A stretch of DNA of 33,803 bases from a virus (lineage: Duplodnaviria; Caudoviricetes). Location of the stretch: positions 1 to 33,803 of the IMG/VR virus record IMGVR_UViG_3300027733_000013, one strand, 5' to 3'. The notes beneath the pieces were generated by a model, which worked only from the letters and a program-made list of their open reading frames with translations, was not told the DNA's origin and searched no databases. Made by a program: the position numbers and the translations under genes. This document shows positions 6,815-14,639 of the stretch, piece by piece; positions within the stretch are counted from its first letter, which is position 1; each line of letters opens with the position of its first letter.

Positions 6815-6991
6815 ATGGATTATCTGCGCTTTATTATATTAGATGAATTTGATGGCAAACCGCTTAGAGCCTTTAGTAATAGGGCATCTGCAAAATGGTT
6901 TCTTGAGAATAGGCCTAATTGTAAGCTGCAGGTTATTCCTAAAGCAAAGTCTGTGCCAATCACAGAATTATATGAAGAATGTTTATTTTAA
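6815..6991 (+). CDS. Hypothetical 58-aa protein, first rightward gene, possibly leaderless
   Basis: MDYLRFIILDEFDGKPLR...; ATG about 7 nt after the -10 box, no RBS. Confidence 0.6.
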   Translation: MDYLRFIILDEFDGKPLRAFSNRASAKWFLENRPNCKLQVIPKAKSVPITELYEECLF

Positions 6992-7000
6992 GGAGTTTAC

Positions 7001-7621
7001 ATGAAATACAAAGTTAAGAACTGGGATAAATTCCAACATTACAAACCAAAGACTCATGCAGATGAAACTAAAAAAATGCCCTGGTTCAAACTATACGGAA
7101 TTGACTTATTAGAAGATTTTGAATTTAATGCAATGACTCACGATCAACAAGCTATTTTAATCAAATTATGGTGTTTAGCTAGTCAATATGATGGTTATTT
7201 ACCTGAAGATCAGGCCATTGCTTATCGGTTAAGATACCCTATAGAATTTATAAATTCTGTAATAAAATCATTAAGTAAGTGGATAATAGAGTGTGACTAT
7301 ACAAAGTCTATACTAGATAGAGATAGAGATATAGATAGAGATAAAGATATATATGTGTTGTCCAGAAGTAGTTTTATAGAATTTTGGGACATATATCCAA
7401 CTCGTAAAATATCTAAAACTAAATGTGAAGAAAAATGGCGTAGTAGAAAATTATATGAGATCAAAGATGAAATACTTGACCATATTAAAAAAATGAAAGA
7501 TACTAAGTCATGGAAAGAAGGTTATGTGCCAGCCACTACAACTTATATTAATCAGTCTAGGTGGAATGATCCTGTGGAAGAAACTGTTAAAACTAAAAAC
7601 GCATGGGATAACGCTAAATGA
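7001..7621 (+). CDS. Replication initiator (lambda O-like architecture)
   Basis: N-terminal NWDKFQHYK..PWFKL; low-complexity linker; C-terminal FIEFWDIYP...P.ATTYINQSRWND; upstream of the helicase. Confidence 0.75.
   Translation: MKYKVKNWDKFQHYKPKTHADETKKMPWFKLYGIDLLEDFEFNAMTHDQQAILIKLWCLASQYDGYLPEDQAIAYRLRYPIEFINSVIKSLSKWIIECDYTKSILDRDRDIDRDKDIYVLSRSSFIEFWDIYPTRKISKTKCEEKWRSRKLYEIKDEILDHIKKMKDTKSWKEGYVPATTTYINQSRWNDPVEETVKTKNAWDNAK
7295..7354 (+). repeat. AGATAN hexamer tract inside the initiator; candidate replication origin
   Basis: Six AGATA(G/T/A) units at 7315-7350, preceded by GACTATAC/GTCTATAC. Confidence 0.5.
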
Positions 7622-8532
7622 ATCTTGACCAAGTTATGAATAAGCTAACTGTAAGCAAGCAAATTATTACTGATTATTACAACTCAGGATATGCTACAAG
7701 TGAGTTTAAAGTAAAAGACAGCTCTATCTTTGCTGATGACGTTGTTAAATACTTTGCTCAAGAGATTAATTCAGGATTTTCTTTAGGGTGGGTAAAGACC
7801 GAAGGTGATTTTAGAGTCAGGCCATCTGAGGTAAGTGTTGTAACCGGAATATCATCTCATGGCAAATCGCTATGGCTATCACAAGTAATATTATCTCTTA
7901 TGGGACAAGGTGCTAAATGCCTAGTAGCGTCTTTAGAGATGCGACCTGTTTTAACTTTATCTCGTATGATTCAACAAACTTTAAAGACTACAGATCCAAC
8001 AGAGGATTATATCAGAAAATTTTGTAGTCGTGCAGCTGACAAACTGTGGATTTACGATCAGACAGGTAGCACAACTAGCACCGATATGATAGCAACTATG
8101 CACTACGGTAAGCATATACTTGGAATTGATGTATTTGTAATTGATTCACTAATGAAACTATCAGATGTTTCAGAAACGGAATATGAGCAACAAAAAAACT
8201 TTCTTGACAGATGTGCTACAACGTGCAGGGATTTAAATGTTCATTTATTTTTAGTGTGTCACACCAGAAAAATGTTGAATGACGAAACTATCCCAGATGC
8301 TACCAATATTTTAGGCAGCTCTCATATTCGTAATTTATGCGATAATATTTTGTGTGTTTACAGATGTGTTTCTAAACAACGTGACATAGAGAGCGGTAAA
8401 AAAACATTAGATGAATTAAAGGGAGTTCCTGATTGTGTAGTATATTTGCAAAAGCAACGTAATTATCCAGCAGAAGGAAGTTGGGGATTTTATTTTGACC
8501 CTAAAGGATTACGATACAAGGAGTCACCATGA
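7618..8532 (+). CDS. DnaB-like (SF4) replicative helicase, no primase domain
   Basis: Walker A GISSHGKS, SLEM, FVIDSL, LVCH.RK, GSS, KQRN. Confidence 0.9.
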   Translation: MNLDQVMNKLTVSKQIITDYYNSGYATSEFKVKDSSIFADDVVKYFAQEINSGFSLGWVKTEGDFRVRPSEVSVVTGISSHGKSLWLSQVILSLMGQGAKCLVASLEMRPVLTLSRMIQQTLKTTDPTEDYIRKFCSRAADKLWIYDQTGSTTSTDMIATMHYGKHILGIDVFVIDSLMKLSDVSETEYEQQKNFLDRCATTCRDLNVHLFLVCHTRKMLNDETIPDATNILGSSHIRNLCDNILCVYRCVSKQRDIESGKKTLDELKGVPDCVVYLQKQRNYPAEGSWGFYFDPKGLRYKESP

Positions 8533-8720
8533 AATATGAAACTACAGCCTGGTATAAGTATTTAGATTTAGATGAGGAAGGAAACTTAAAATCTCCTACG
8601 CATTGGAAAGTAACATTACCTAACGGAATAGTTTATAAAAGCAAAGGATACGATAATGCTGAAGTGGAATTTAACAAAAGACAACCTAGCAAATCTAACT
8701 ACAAAATTAAGATCACTTGA
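8529..8720 (+). CDS. Hypothetical protein
   Basis: AAGGAG RBS and ATGA coupling. Confidence 0.6.
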   Translation: MKYETTAWYKYLDLDEEGNLKSPTHWKVTLPNGIVYKSKGYDNAEVEFNKRQPSKSNYKIKIT

Positions 8721-9012
8721 TTGGACTAAGCATTGGCGTGTTACTGTAGTTGAAGCAAAAGCTAACAGAAGCCTAGAGCAAAATTTACGCCTGTGGGAAT
8801 TGTATACAAGCATTGGCAATCATCTAGGTATTGAAAAAGACAAAATCCATGATCTTATGGGATATAAGTTTTTAAGATACCAAACAGAAATTGCTGGTAT
8901 GCCTGTAGAGTTAGTCAAGTCTACGACAAAGCTGGATACTCAGTCCATGTCAGAATATCAACACCAAGTAGAAATTTGGGCGCAAACTATGGGATGGGAA
9001 TGGGATCTATGA
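8656..9012 (+). CDS. ninB: NinB/Orf-like recombination protein
   Basis: RSLEQN.RLW, STTKL....MSEY...VE.WA. Confidence 0.8.
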   Translation: MLKWNLTKDNLANLTTKLRSLDWTKHWRVTVVEAKANRSLEQNLRLWELYTSIGNHLGIEKDKIHDLMGYKFLRYQTEIAGMPVELVKSTTKLDTQSMSEYQHQVEIWAQTMGWEWDL

Positions 9013-9299
9013 ACTATAGAAACCCTAAACTACTGAAATTAGCAGATGGCGCACCATGTATGATGTGTTCTATGCAAGACGGTACTGTAGTGGCCGCACA
9101 TAGCAATCAATTAAGAGATGGTAAAGGCACAGGTATAAAAGCCCACGACCACCGTATAGCGTTTCTATGTCATCAATGCCACCATATGATAGATAATGAC
9201 AAATCATTAGATAAACATGATAGAATAGCAGCATGGGAAGAAGCGCACAGAAAAACAATAGGATGGTTATTTACTAACAACCATTTGGGGGTAAAATGA
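9009..9299 (+). CDS. DUF1364-like Zn-binding putative nuclease
   Basis: YRNPKLL..A...PCMMC....TVVAAHSN...GKG.G.KA.D...AFLC..CH..ID; start at 9009 by ATGA coupling. Confidence 0.8.
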   Translation: MNYRNPKLLKLADGAPCMMCSMQDGTVVAAHSNQLRDGKGTGIKAHDHRIAFLCHQCHHMIDNDKSLDKHDRIAAWEEAHRKTIGWLFTNNHLGVK

Positions 9300-9406
9300 A
9301 ATATTTAGTAGGATTTATAGGTATATTATTTTTACCTTTTGCAATAGTTTTTGTGGCCTTTGAAGCAGCTTGTGTTTATGTAGCTAATGCTTGTAACAAG
9401 GATTAA
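9296..9406 (+). CDS. 36-aa membrane peptide (not in ORF track)
   Basis: MKYLVGFIGILFLPFAIVFVAFEAACVYVANACNKD; ATGA coupling. Confidence 0.7.
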   Translation: MKYLVGFIGILFLPFAIVFVAFEAACVYVANACNKD

Positions 9407-9408
9407 TT

Positions 9409-9621
9409 ATGGCCACTAAAAATGATATAACAGGTGATGTATTACAATCACGCATGAATAGTAAAGAATTTGAAAAGAATTTTGATCGTATATTCCGACA
9501 ACGCATTAATGAACAAAAACTTAGCAATGATGATATGTTACCTGAATATGAATTAAACAAATCCACCGGAGAAGTCCAGAAAGTAGACAATGGCAACAAG
9601 TCCGACTCAACTGAGTCTTAA
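9409..9621 (+). CDS. Hypothetical protein
   Basis: MATKNDITGD...NFDRIF; AAGGA RBS. Confidence 0.65.
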   Translation: MATKNDITGDVLQSRMNSKEFEKNFDRIFRQRINEQKLSNDDMLPEYELNKSTGEVQKVDNGNKSDSTES

Positions 9622-9907
9622 ACTTTTAAGAGATCAGGGATATACCGTTGCAATAGTTGAACATTGGAACGCATTTGCTAGAATACGTCAGGATTTATTT
9701 GGGTTTATAGATATATTAGCTTTAAAGGGTAAAGAAGTATTAGCAGTACAAACCACCACAGCAAGTAATATGTCAGCAAGAGTTAATAAGATTGCCAATA
9801 ATGAATATGTAGGTGCAGTTCGTGATGCTGGATGGACTATTCATGTACATGGATGGCATCAAGACGATAAAAAGAAATGGCATTGTAAAGTTAAGGATGT
9901 CAGTTGA
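9590..9907 (+). CDS. PD-(D/E)XK-type nuclease / possible Holliday junction resolvase
   Basis: L...GY.V, DLFGFIDILAL, AVQTT. Confidence 0.6.
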   Translation: MATSPTQLSLKLLRDQGYTVAIVEHWNAFARIRQDLFGFIDILALKGKEVLAVQTTTASNMSARVNKIANNEYVGAVRDAGWTIHVHGWHQDDKKKWHCKVKDVS

Positions 9908-10284
9908 AATTTCAATCAGAGCAATACTATTACCAATACAAAGATGCAGTAATGGAAACAATAGGCGAGGATAAAATGACTTGCCAAGATATGTCTTTAA
10001 AATTAGGTGTACATTACAACAGAATTAAATGGGTTATGTATAGGCTTAGGAATGAAGATCACCTTTCATCATACAAATACAATGACATTACATATTACCT
10101 AAAGCCTAAACCACATCCGTTACAATCTATATTTGGCCATGAAGTAAAGTTTACAGAAGATCAAATAAAAAGCTCACAAGTTTATAACGAAAAAGATGCA
10201 AAACATAATTTAAGATTTAACCCAGATCAAGATTCATTTCATGGTAGTTCTATAGTAGGTGAAGGAGTGAAAATAGGAACATGA
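9904..10284 (+). CDS. Winged-helix DNA-binding protein
   Basis: MTCQDMSLKLGVHYNRIKWVMYRL HTH-like segment followed by a beta wing. Confidence 0.55.
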   Translation: MKFQSEQYYYQYKDAVMETIGEDKMTCQDMSLKLGVHYNRIKWVMYRLRNEDHLSSYKYNDITYYLKPKPHPLQSIFGHEVKFTEDQIKSSQVYNEKDAKHNLRFNPDQDSFHGSSIVGEGVKIGT

Positions 10285-10403
10285 CGCAAGAAGATATTAT
10301 TGCTATATATAAAAAAGTATTTCCAACAGGTTACGAGCCAGTTAGCGTAGAACGCATGGTAAGGTTTGCTAGACTTATAGAGGAAAAGGTTAAAAATGCT
10401 TAG
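10281..10403 (+). CDS. 40-aa hypothetical protein (not in ORF track)
   Basis: MTQEDIIAIYKKVFPTGYEPVSVERMVRFARLIEEKVKNA; ATGA coupling. Confidence 0.7.
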   Translation: MTQEDIIAIYKKVFPTGYEPVSVERMVRFARLIEEKVKNA

Positions 10404-10728
10404 TATGGATCGTTTATTATGTATATGCGAGGATTGGGCTTTATACATGAAAGCACATGATAGTCATAAGCTAGGCTTTCCCAAAAAAGCAGTAGGCTTT
10501 AGCTCAGGTGGCGAAAGTACTGCAGACGCTTTTGAGGACATGGTTAGTGCGCAAGATTTAAAAAATGTCCATACTTTGGATAGTATCATTCATTCATTGC
10601 CTAAGGAACAACAGGAAGCTATCTATACACGCTTTTTAAAGACTAGGAAGCCATTTGCTTATGAATTTAAGTTAGAACTTGCTATGGACAATCTTATGAC
10701 AATTGCAGGCAGACGTATAAATGCCTAA
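10396..10728 (+). CDS. Putative late antiterminator Q-like regulator
   Basis: L...EDWA.YM, LDSIIHSLPKEQQEAIYTRF; last early gene, followed by a promoter and terminator. Confidence 0.55.
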   Translation: MLSMDRLLCICEDWALYMKAHDSHKLGFPKKAVGFSSGGESTADAFEDMVSAQDLKNVHTLDSIIHSLPKEQQEAIYTRFLKTRKPFAYEFKLELAMDNLMTIAGRRINA

Positions 10729-10755
10729 AATAAAATACACAAGTATAGTCATTTT

Positions 10756-10764
10756 TGATATAAT
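10756..10764 (+). promoter_or_regulatory. Late promoter (pR'-like), extended -10
   Basis: TGaTATAAT downstream of the Q-like gene. Confidence 0.65.
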
Positions 10765-10801
10765 CGAAGTTGTGGGATAATTGTATCTATATGTTCCGCA
10801 T

Positions 10802-10829
10802 AAGCTCACTTAAAACGTGGGCTTTTTTT
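10802..10829 (+). terminator. Intrinsic terminator (tR'-like)
   Basis: AAGCTCAC-TTAAAAC-GTGGGCTT followed by a T run. Confidence 0.85.
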
Positions 10830-10851
10830 ATATCATTACATAGGGAATCAA

Positions 10852-11007
10852 GTGAAAATCACAGTATGCCAAGATTGCGGAGACGTGTATGACTACACCG
10901 GATACCCTACTTGCCCTGAATGTATTAGAGATGGTGATACAACCAAAAAAGAAATACCCAAATTACTCCAGAAAGAACAAGATGCCTTACTCAGCCAAAC
11001 AGAATAA
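10852..11007 (+). CDS. 51-aa Zn-ribbon protein (not in ORF track)
   Basis: GTG start; MKITVCQDCGDVYDYTGYPTCPECIRD...; two CxxC motifs. Confidence 0.7.
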   Translation: MKITVCQDCGDVYDYTGYPTCPECIRDGDTTKKEIPKLLQKEQDALLSQTE

Positions 11008-11143
11008 GCTTTTTAGAGCCGCAGAGCATAATCCTGCTATTGCTAAAAAAGTAGGCATACCACAAGCAACAGCCGCAAAGATGGCAGCAGAAGGTGTAAA
11101 GAAAGATCCCCATAAACTAGCGCAAGCCCTAATGAGTAAATAA
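10982..11143 (+). CDS. Small basic protein
   Basis: Start reassigned to MPYSAKQNKLFRAAEHNP... Confidence 0.65.
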   Translation: MPYSAKQNKLFRAAEHNPAIAKKVGIPQATAAKMAAEGVKKDPHKLAQALMSK

Positions 11144-11144
11144 T

Positions 11145-11477
11145 ATGATCGGTTCACCAGAAAACAATTTCAATACTATGCAAAACCAACAGCCTAGAAA
11201 TCAAATGTTAGGTAATGCTTTGCGTAATACATCTAACTACAGACAACCTAACCCAGCACAACCAAGCATGTTACCAGCAAGCCAATACGGTAACCCTACT
11301 CCACAGATGAGTAATATGCAGATGCCACAATCAAACGCATCATTTAACATGCAACCACCAATACCTAATATGAACCAAGCACCACAAGGCCCTATGGGTA
11401 TGGGACAATCACAAGGCCAAAACAGATTTGGTGTAGGATTAGCCAAACCAATGCCACAAATGACACAGGTATCTTAA
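11145..11477 (+). CDS. Q/N/P/M-rich low-complexity protein
   Basis: Composition; tight spacing to both neighbours. Confidence 0.7.
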   Translation: MIGSPENNFNTMQNQQPRNQMLGNALRNTSNYRQPNPAQPSMLPASQYGNPTPQMSNMQMPQSNASFNMQPPIPNMNQAPQGPMGMGQSQGQNRFGVGLAKPMPQMTQVS

Positions 11478-11478
11478 T

Positions 11479-11835
11479 ATGAATGAATTTATAGCCACAT
11501 TATTTTTAGCTAGAGAATTAGCACATAGATACCATTTATCTACTAAAAGCTATTCACAGCATAAAGCTCTACAAAACTTCTACGAAGATCTATTAGACTT
11601 AACAGATGATCTAGCAGAAATCACACAGGGCGCACATGGTCTATTAGATATACCTATCCTTACAGAGAAGAAAACATACAAAGAACCTTTATACTGTATC
11701 GCTGACAAATTACAATATGTAGAAACTAACCGTTATAAAGCATATAGCAAGAATGACACAGCTCTACAAAACAAGATAGATGAAATCGTAGCAACATTCC
11801 TAACAGTAATCTACAAGCTAGAAAACCTAAAGTAA
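11479..11835 (+). CDS. Ferritin/Dps-like four-helix protein (DUF5856-like)
   Basis: AHRYHL.TKSYSQHKAL..FYE.L.DL.D.LAE..QG, YKLENLK. Confidence 0.75.
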   Translation: MNEFIATLFLARELAHRYHLSTKSYSQHKALQNFYEDLLDLTDDLAEITQGAHGLLDIPILTEKKTYKEPLYCIADKLQYVETNRYKAYSKNDTALQNKIDEIVATFLTVIYKLENLK

Positions 11836-11836
11836 C

Positions 11837-12721
11837 ATGGCAAGCGTTAGGGACACACTAGCTAACCTTGTAGAACAATATAAGGCAGGTGATACCCCAC
11901 TAGCAAACTTAATGCGTGGTGACACAGAGGGTGCTAAACAATCAGTAGCAAATGCACTACAACAAGCCACACAAGATCCATACTCAGGATTAAATGTATT
12001 AGGCACTACAAAGCTAGTAGGTAAAACAGCTCAAGAATTAGCACATGCAACAGCTCAAAAGAACGCTGCAGAAATGTTAGGATTACATCCTGAAAACACA
12101 GCTATGGAAAGAGCTAAAGCTATGGGGTTTGATATAGAAAATCCTGTATATCATGGTACAAGAACTAATATTGAAAAAATAGATCCATCAAAATTTGGTA
12201 AATCAACAGAAACATATTCTGGTGAATCTGGATTTTGGACTTCTAGTGATCCACATACAGCAAACAGTTATGCTAATTATGCAGCATATCATGCACCAGC
12301 AAATAGACTTGGAATAGGAAGTCAAGAGGTAAAAAATGCCCTTCCTAATAGAAAACAAAATATTTTGCCATTATATCTTAATAAAACAAATTTATTAAGT
12401 ATGGATGCAAAAGGTAAGTCATGGGGTGATTATTTAGATAATCCTAATTTAGACACACAATTAACTAATTTTTTAGATACAATTAATCAAAAAAACGCTA
12501 TAGGCGAAATTAAAAATTTTGATGATGTAGCTTCTTATATGCAACCTAAAGTAGCTCATCATTATGTTACCCCTGATCCATCACTTGTTAGATCACGTTT
12601 TGCAGCATTTGATCCAGCAAGAGCAAACGAACCAGATTTATTAGCAGGTGCTATGGCATTACCAATAGCCACAGACAAAGAAAAACGTAATAAAATAATA
12701 GAATTACTTAAAAACAAATAA
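11837..12721 (+). CDS. Protein with putative ADP-ribosyltransferase (ART-PolyVal-like) domain
   Basis: PVYHGT...GFWTSSDP..ANSYA...NILPLYL, framed by RAKAMGFD and RSRFAAFDP. Confidence 0.6.
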   Translation: MASVRDTLANLVEQYKAGDTPLANLMRGDTEGAKQSVANALQQATQDPYSGLNVLGTTKLVGKTAQELAHATAQKNAAEMLGLHPENTAMERAKAMGFDIENPVYHGTRTNIEKIDPSKFGKSTETYSGESGFWTSSDPHTANSYANYAAYHAPANRLGIGSQEVKNALPNRKQNILPLYLNKTNLLSMDAKGKSWGDYLDNPNLDTQLTNFLDTINQKNAIGEIKNFDDVASYMQPKVAHHYVTPDPSLVRSRFAAFDPARANEPDLLAGAMALPIATDKEKRNKIIELLKNK

Positions 12722-12747
12722 CGAGGAATTGGGCTACCCCAATTTTA

Positions 12748-13041
12748 GTGAAAATGAATGAAAACAAAGATTTAGAGGTTGAATCAACCGTAAACAAAGG
12801 TGGCGCACCTAAGGGTAATAATAACGCTGCTAAAGCTAAGATATGGACAGACGCAGTAAGAAAAGCTATTACTCAAGGTGAAAACATAAACCTATTAGCT
12901 CATGCTCTTATAGAGAAAGCTATGGCTGGTGATGTATCAGCACTTAAAGAGATTGGTGATAGATTAGAAGGTAAGGCCACACAGCAAATAGACCAGAATA
13001 CAGAACATAGTGGTGAAGTCATTTACACATGGAAGAAATAG
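12748..13041 (+). CDS. terS: Terminase small subunit
   Basis: GGAPKGNNNA, A..GDV.A.KEIGDRLEGK..Q; directly upstream of terL. Confidence 0.75.
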   Translation: MKMNENKDLEVESTVNKGGAPKGNNNAAKAKIWTDAVRKAITQGENINLLAHALIEKAMAGDVSALKEIGDRLEGKATQQIDQNTEHSGEVIYTWKK

Positions 13042-14360
13042 TAATACCCTATACTCCACGAGAAGCCTTCAACCCATTACACGATACAAACAAAAGATGG
13101 GCTGTAGTAGTGGCGCATCGCCGGGCTGGTAAAACCGTAGCTTGTGTTAATCATCTCATAAGAGAAGCACTTATGACAGAACGCACAGACTTTCGTGGTG
13201 GTTATATAGCACCTTTTTATAGACAAGCTAAATCAGTTAGCTGGGATTATTTTAAATACTTTTCAAGGTCTATACAAGGCACTACAATAAATGAATCAGA
13301 AATGCGTATAGATTTTGCGCATGGTGCAAGAATACAATTATTCGGTGCAGACAATGCAGATAGCCTTCGTGGACTATTCTTTGATCTGTTAGTCGCTGAT
13401 GAATATGGTGACTGGAAACCGTCAGTATGGAATTACGTTATACGCCCAGCGTTAGCCGATAGACAAGGTAAAGCTATTATTATTGGCACACCTAAAGGTC
13501 GCAATCAATTCTGGGAAGTGTATAACAGGGCTACTACAAGTAGCGAATGGTTGGCACTCAAGATCACTGCATCAGAAAGTAATATACTTCTGCCTAGCGA
13601 GTATGACTCCCTAAAAAGAGAAATGACCGAAGATGCTTGGCGACAAGAGATGGAATGTGATTTTGATGCTGCTATACCTGGTGCAATATGGGGTAGAGAA
13701 TTATACCAAGCCGAACAAGAAAACAGAATCACAGAAGTTAAGTATGATAAAGAAGTGCCTGTACACACAGTATGGGATCTAGGATATAGTGATGATACTG
13801 CTATATGGTTCTACCAAGTCATTCATGGAGAAGTCCATGTCATTGACTATTATGCTTCAAGTGGTAAGGAAATAGCTCACTATGCTGCGCAAGTGCTTAC
13901 CAAACCTTATAATTTTGGATTGCATCATCTACCGCATGACGCTAAAGCTAAAACTCTAGCATCCGGTGGTAAATCTATTGTAGAACAGTTAGCTTCTCAC
14001 TTTGAGTGGAAGAACATGCGTATCACTACTAACCTATCTATTATGGATGGTATACAAGCTGCAAGACTTATGTTTCCAAGAGTATGGATTGACAAAGAAA
14101 ACTGTGCAGACGGTATAGAAGCTTTAAAGCAATATCAACGTGAGTGGGATGAGGATCGCAAGATATTCAAAGATAAACCTAAACACGATTGGACATCACA
14201 TGCTAGTGATGCCTGGCGTTACCTTGCTGTATGTTGGCAAGAAGAAGCTAAGATAGAGAAGAAAGACGATAAGCCTAGAGGATTACATGTAGGCAAGACA
14301 GAAGTAACATTAAACGAATTATGGGAATCAGCCCCTAAAACACAAGGTAAAAGGATATAA
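13029..14360 (+). CDS. terL: Terminase large subunit
   Basis: HRRAGKT, LRG, VADEY, IGTPKGRN, WDLG..D, HDWTSHASDAWRY. Confidence 0.95.
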   Translation: MEEIVIPYTPREAFNPLHDTNKRWAVVVAHRRAGKTVACVNHLIREALMTERTDFRGGYIAPFYRQAKSVSWDYFKYFSRSIQGTTINESEMRIDFAHGARIQLFGADNADSLRGLFFDLLVADEYGDWKPSVWNYVIRPALADRQGKAIIIGTPKGRNQFWEVYNRATTSSEWLALKITASESNILLPSEYDSLKREMTEDAWRQEMECDFDAAIPGAIWGRELYQAEQENRITEVKYDKEVPVHTVWDLGYSDDTAIWFYQVIHGEVHVIDYYASSGKEIAHYAAQVLTKPYNFGLHHLPHDAKAKTLASGGKSIVEQLASHFEWKNMRITTNLSIMDGIQAARLMFPRVWIDKENCADGIEALKQYQREWDEDRKIFKDKPKHDWTSHASDAWRYLAVCWQEEAKIEKKDDKPRGLHVGKTEVTLNELWESAPKTQGKRI

Positions 14361-14361
14361 C

Positions 14362-14637
14362 ATGGCAGGCACAGTACAAAACGTAGGTGGATATAAACTA
14401 TTAACAACAACAGCTAACGTATCACCAGTAGGTGCTAGTTTATTAGGTATATTCGTATCAGGATCAACAGTAGGTACAGTTACTATCTATGATAGTGCTA
14501 CTACTACAACAACAGCTAAAGTTATCGACACATTTACAGGTGTAGCAGGTACATGGTATCCAATACCAGTATCTACAACAGCAGGTATCTATATCGTAGT
14601 TAGCGGTACATTATCAGCTACTGTGGTATTTGCATAA
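14362..14637 (+). CDS. Small beta-rich virion protein
   Basis: T/V/G-rich; located between terL and portal. Confidence 0.6.
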   Translation: MAGTVQNVGGYKLLTTTANVSPVGASLLGIFVSGSTVGTVTIYDSATTTTTAKVIDTFTGVAGTWYPIPVSTTAGIYIVVSGTLSATVVFA

Positions 14638-14639
14638 GC

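Noticed and set aside
10889-10981. ORF-track N-terminal extension MTTPDTLL...
   Set aside because: Overlaps the better-supported Zn-ribbon ORF 10852..11007; the true start is likely 10982
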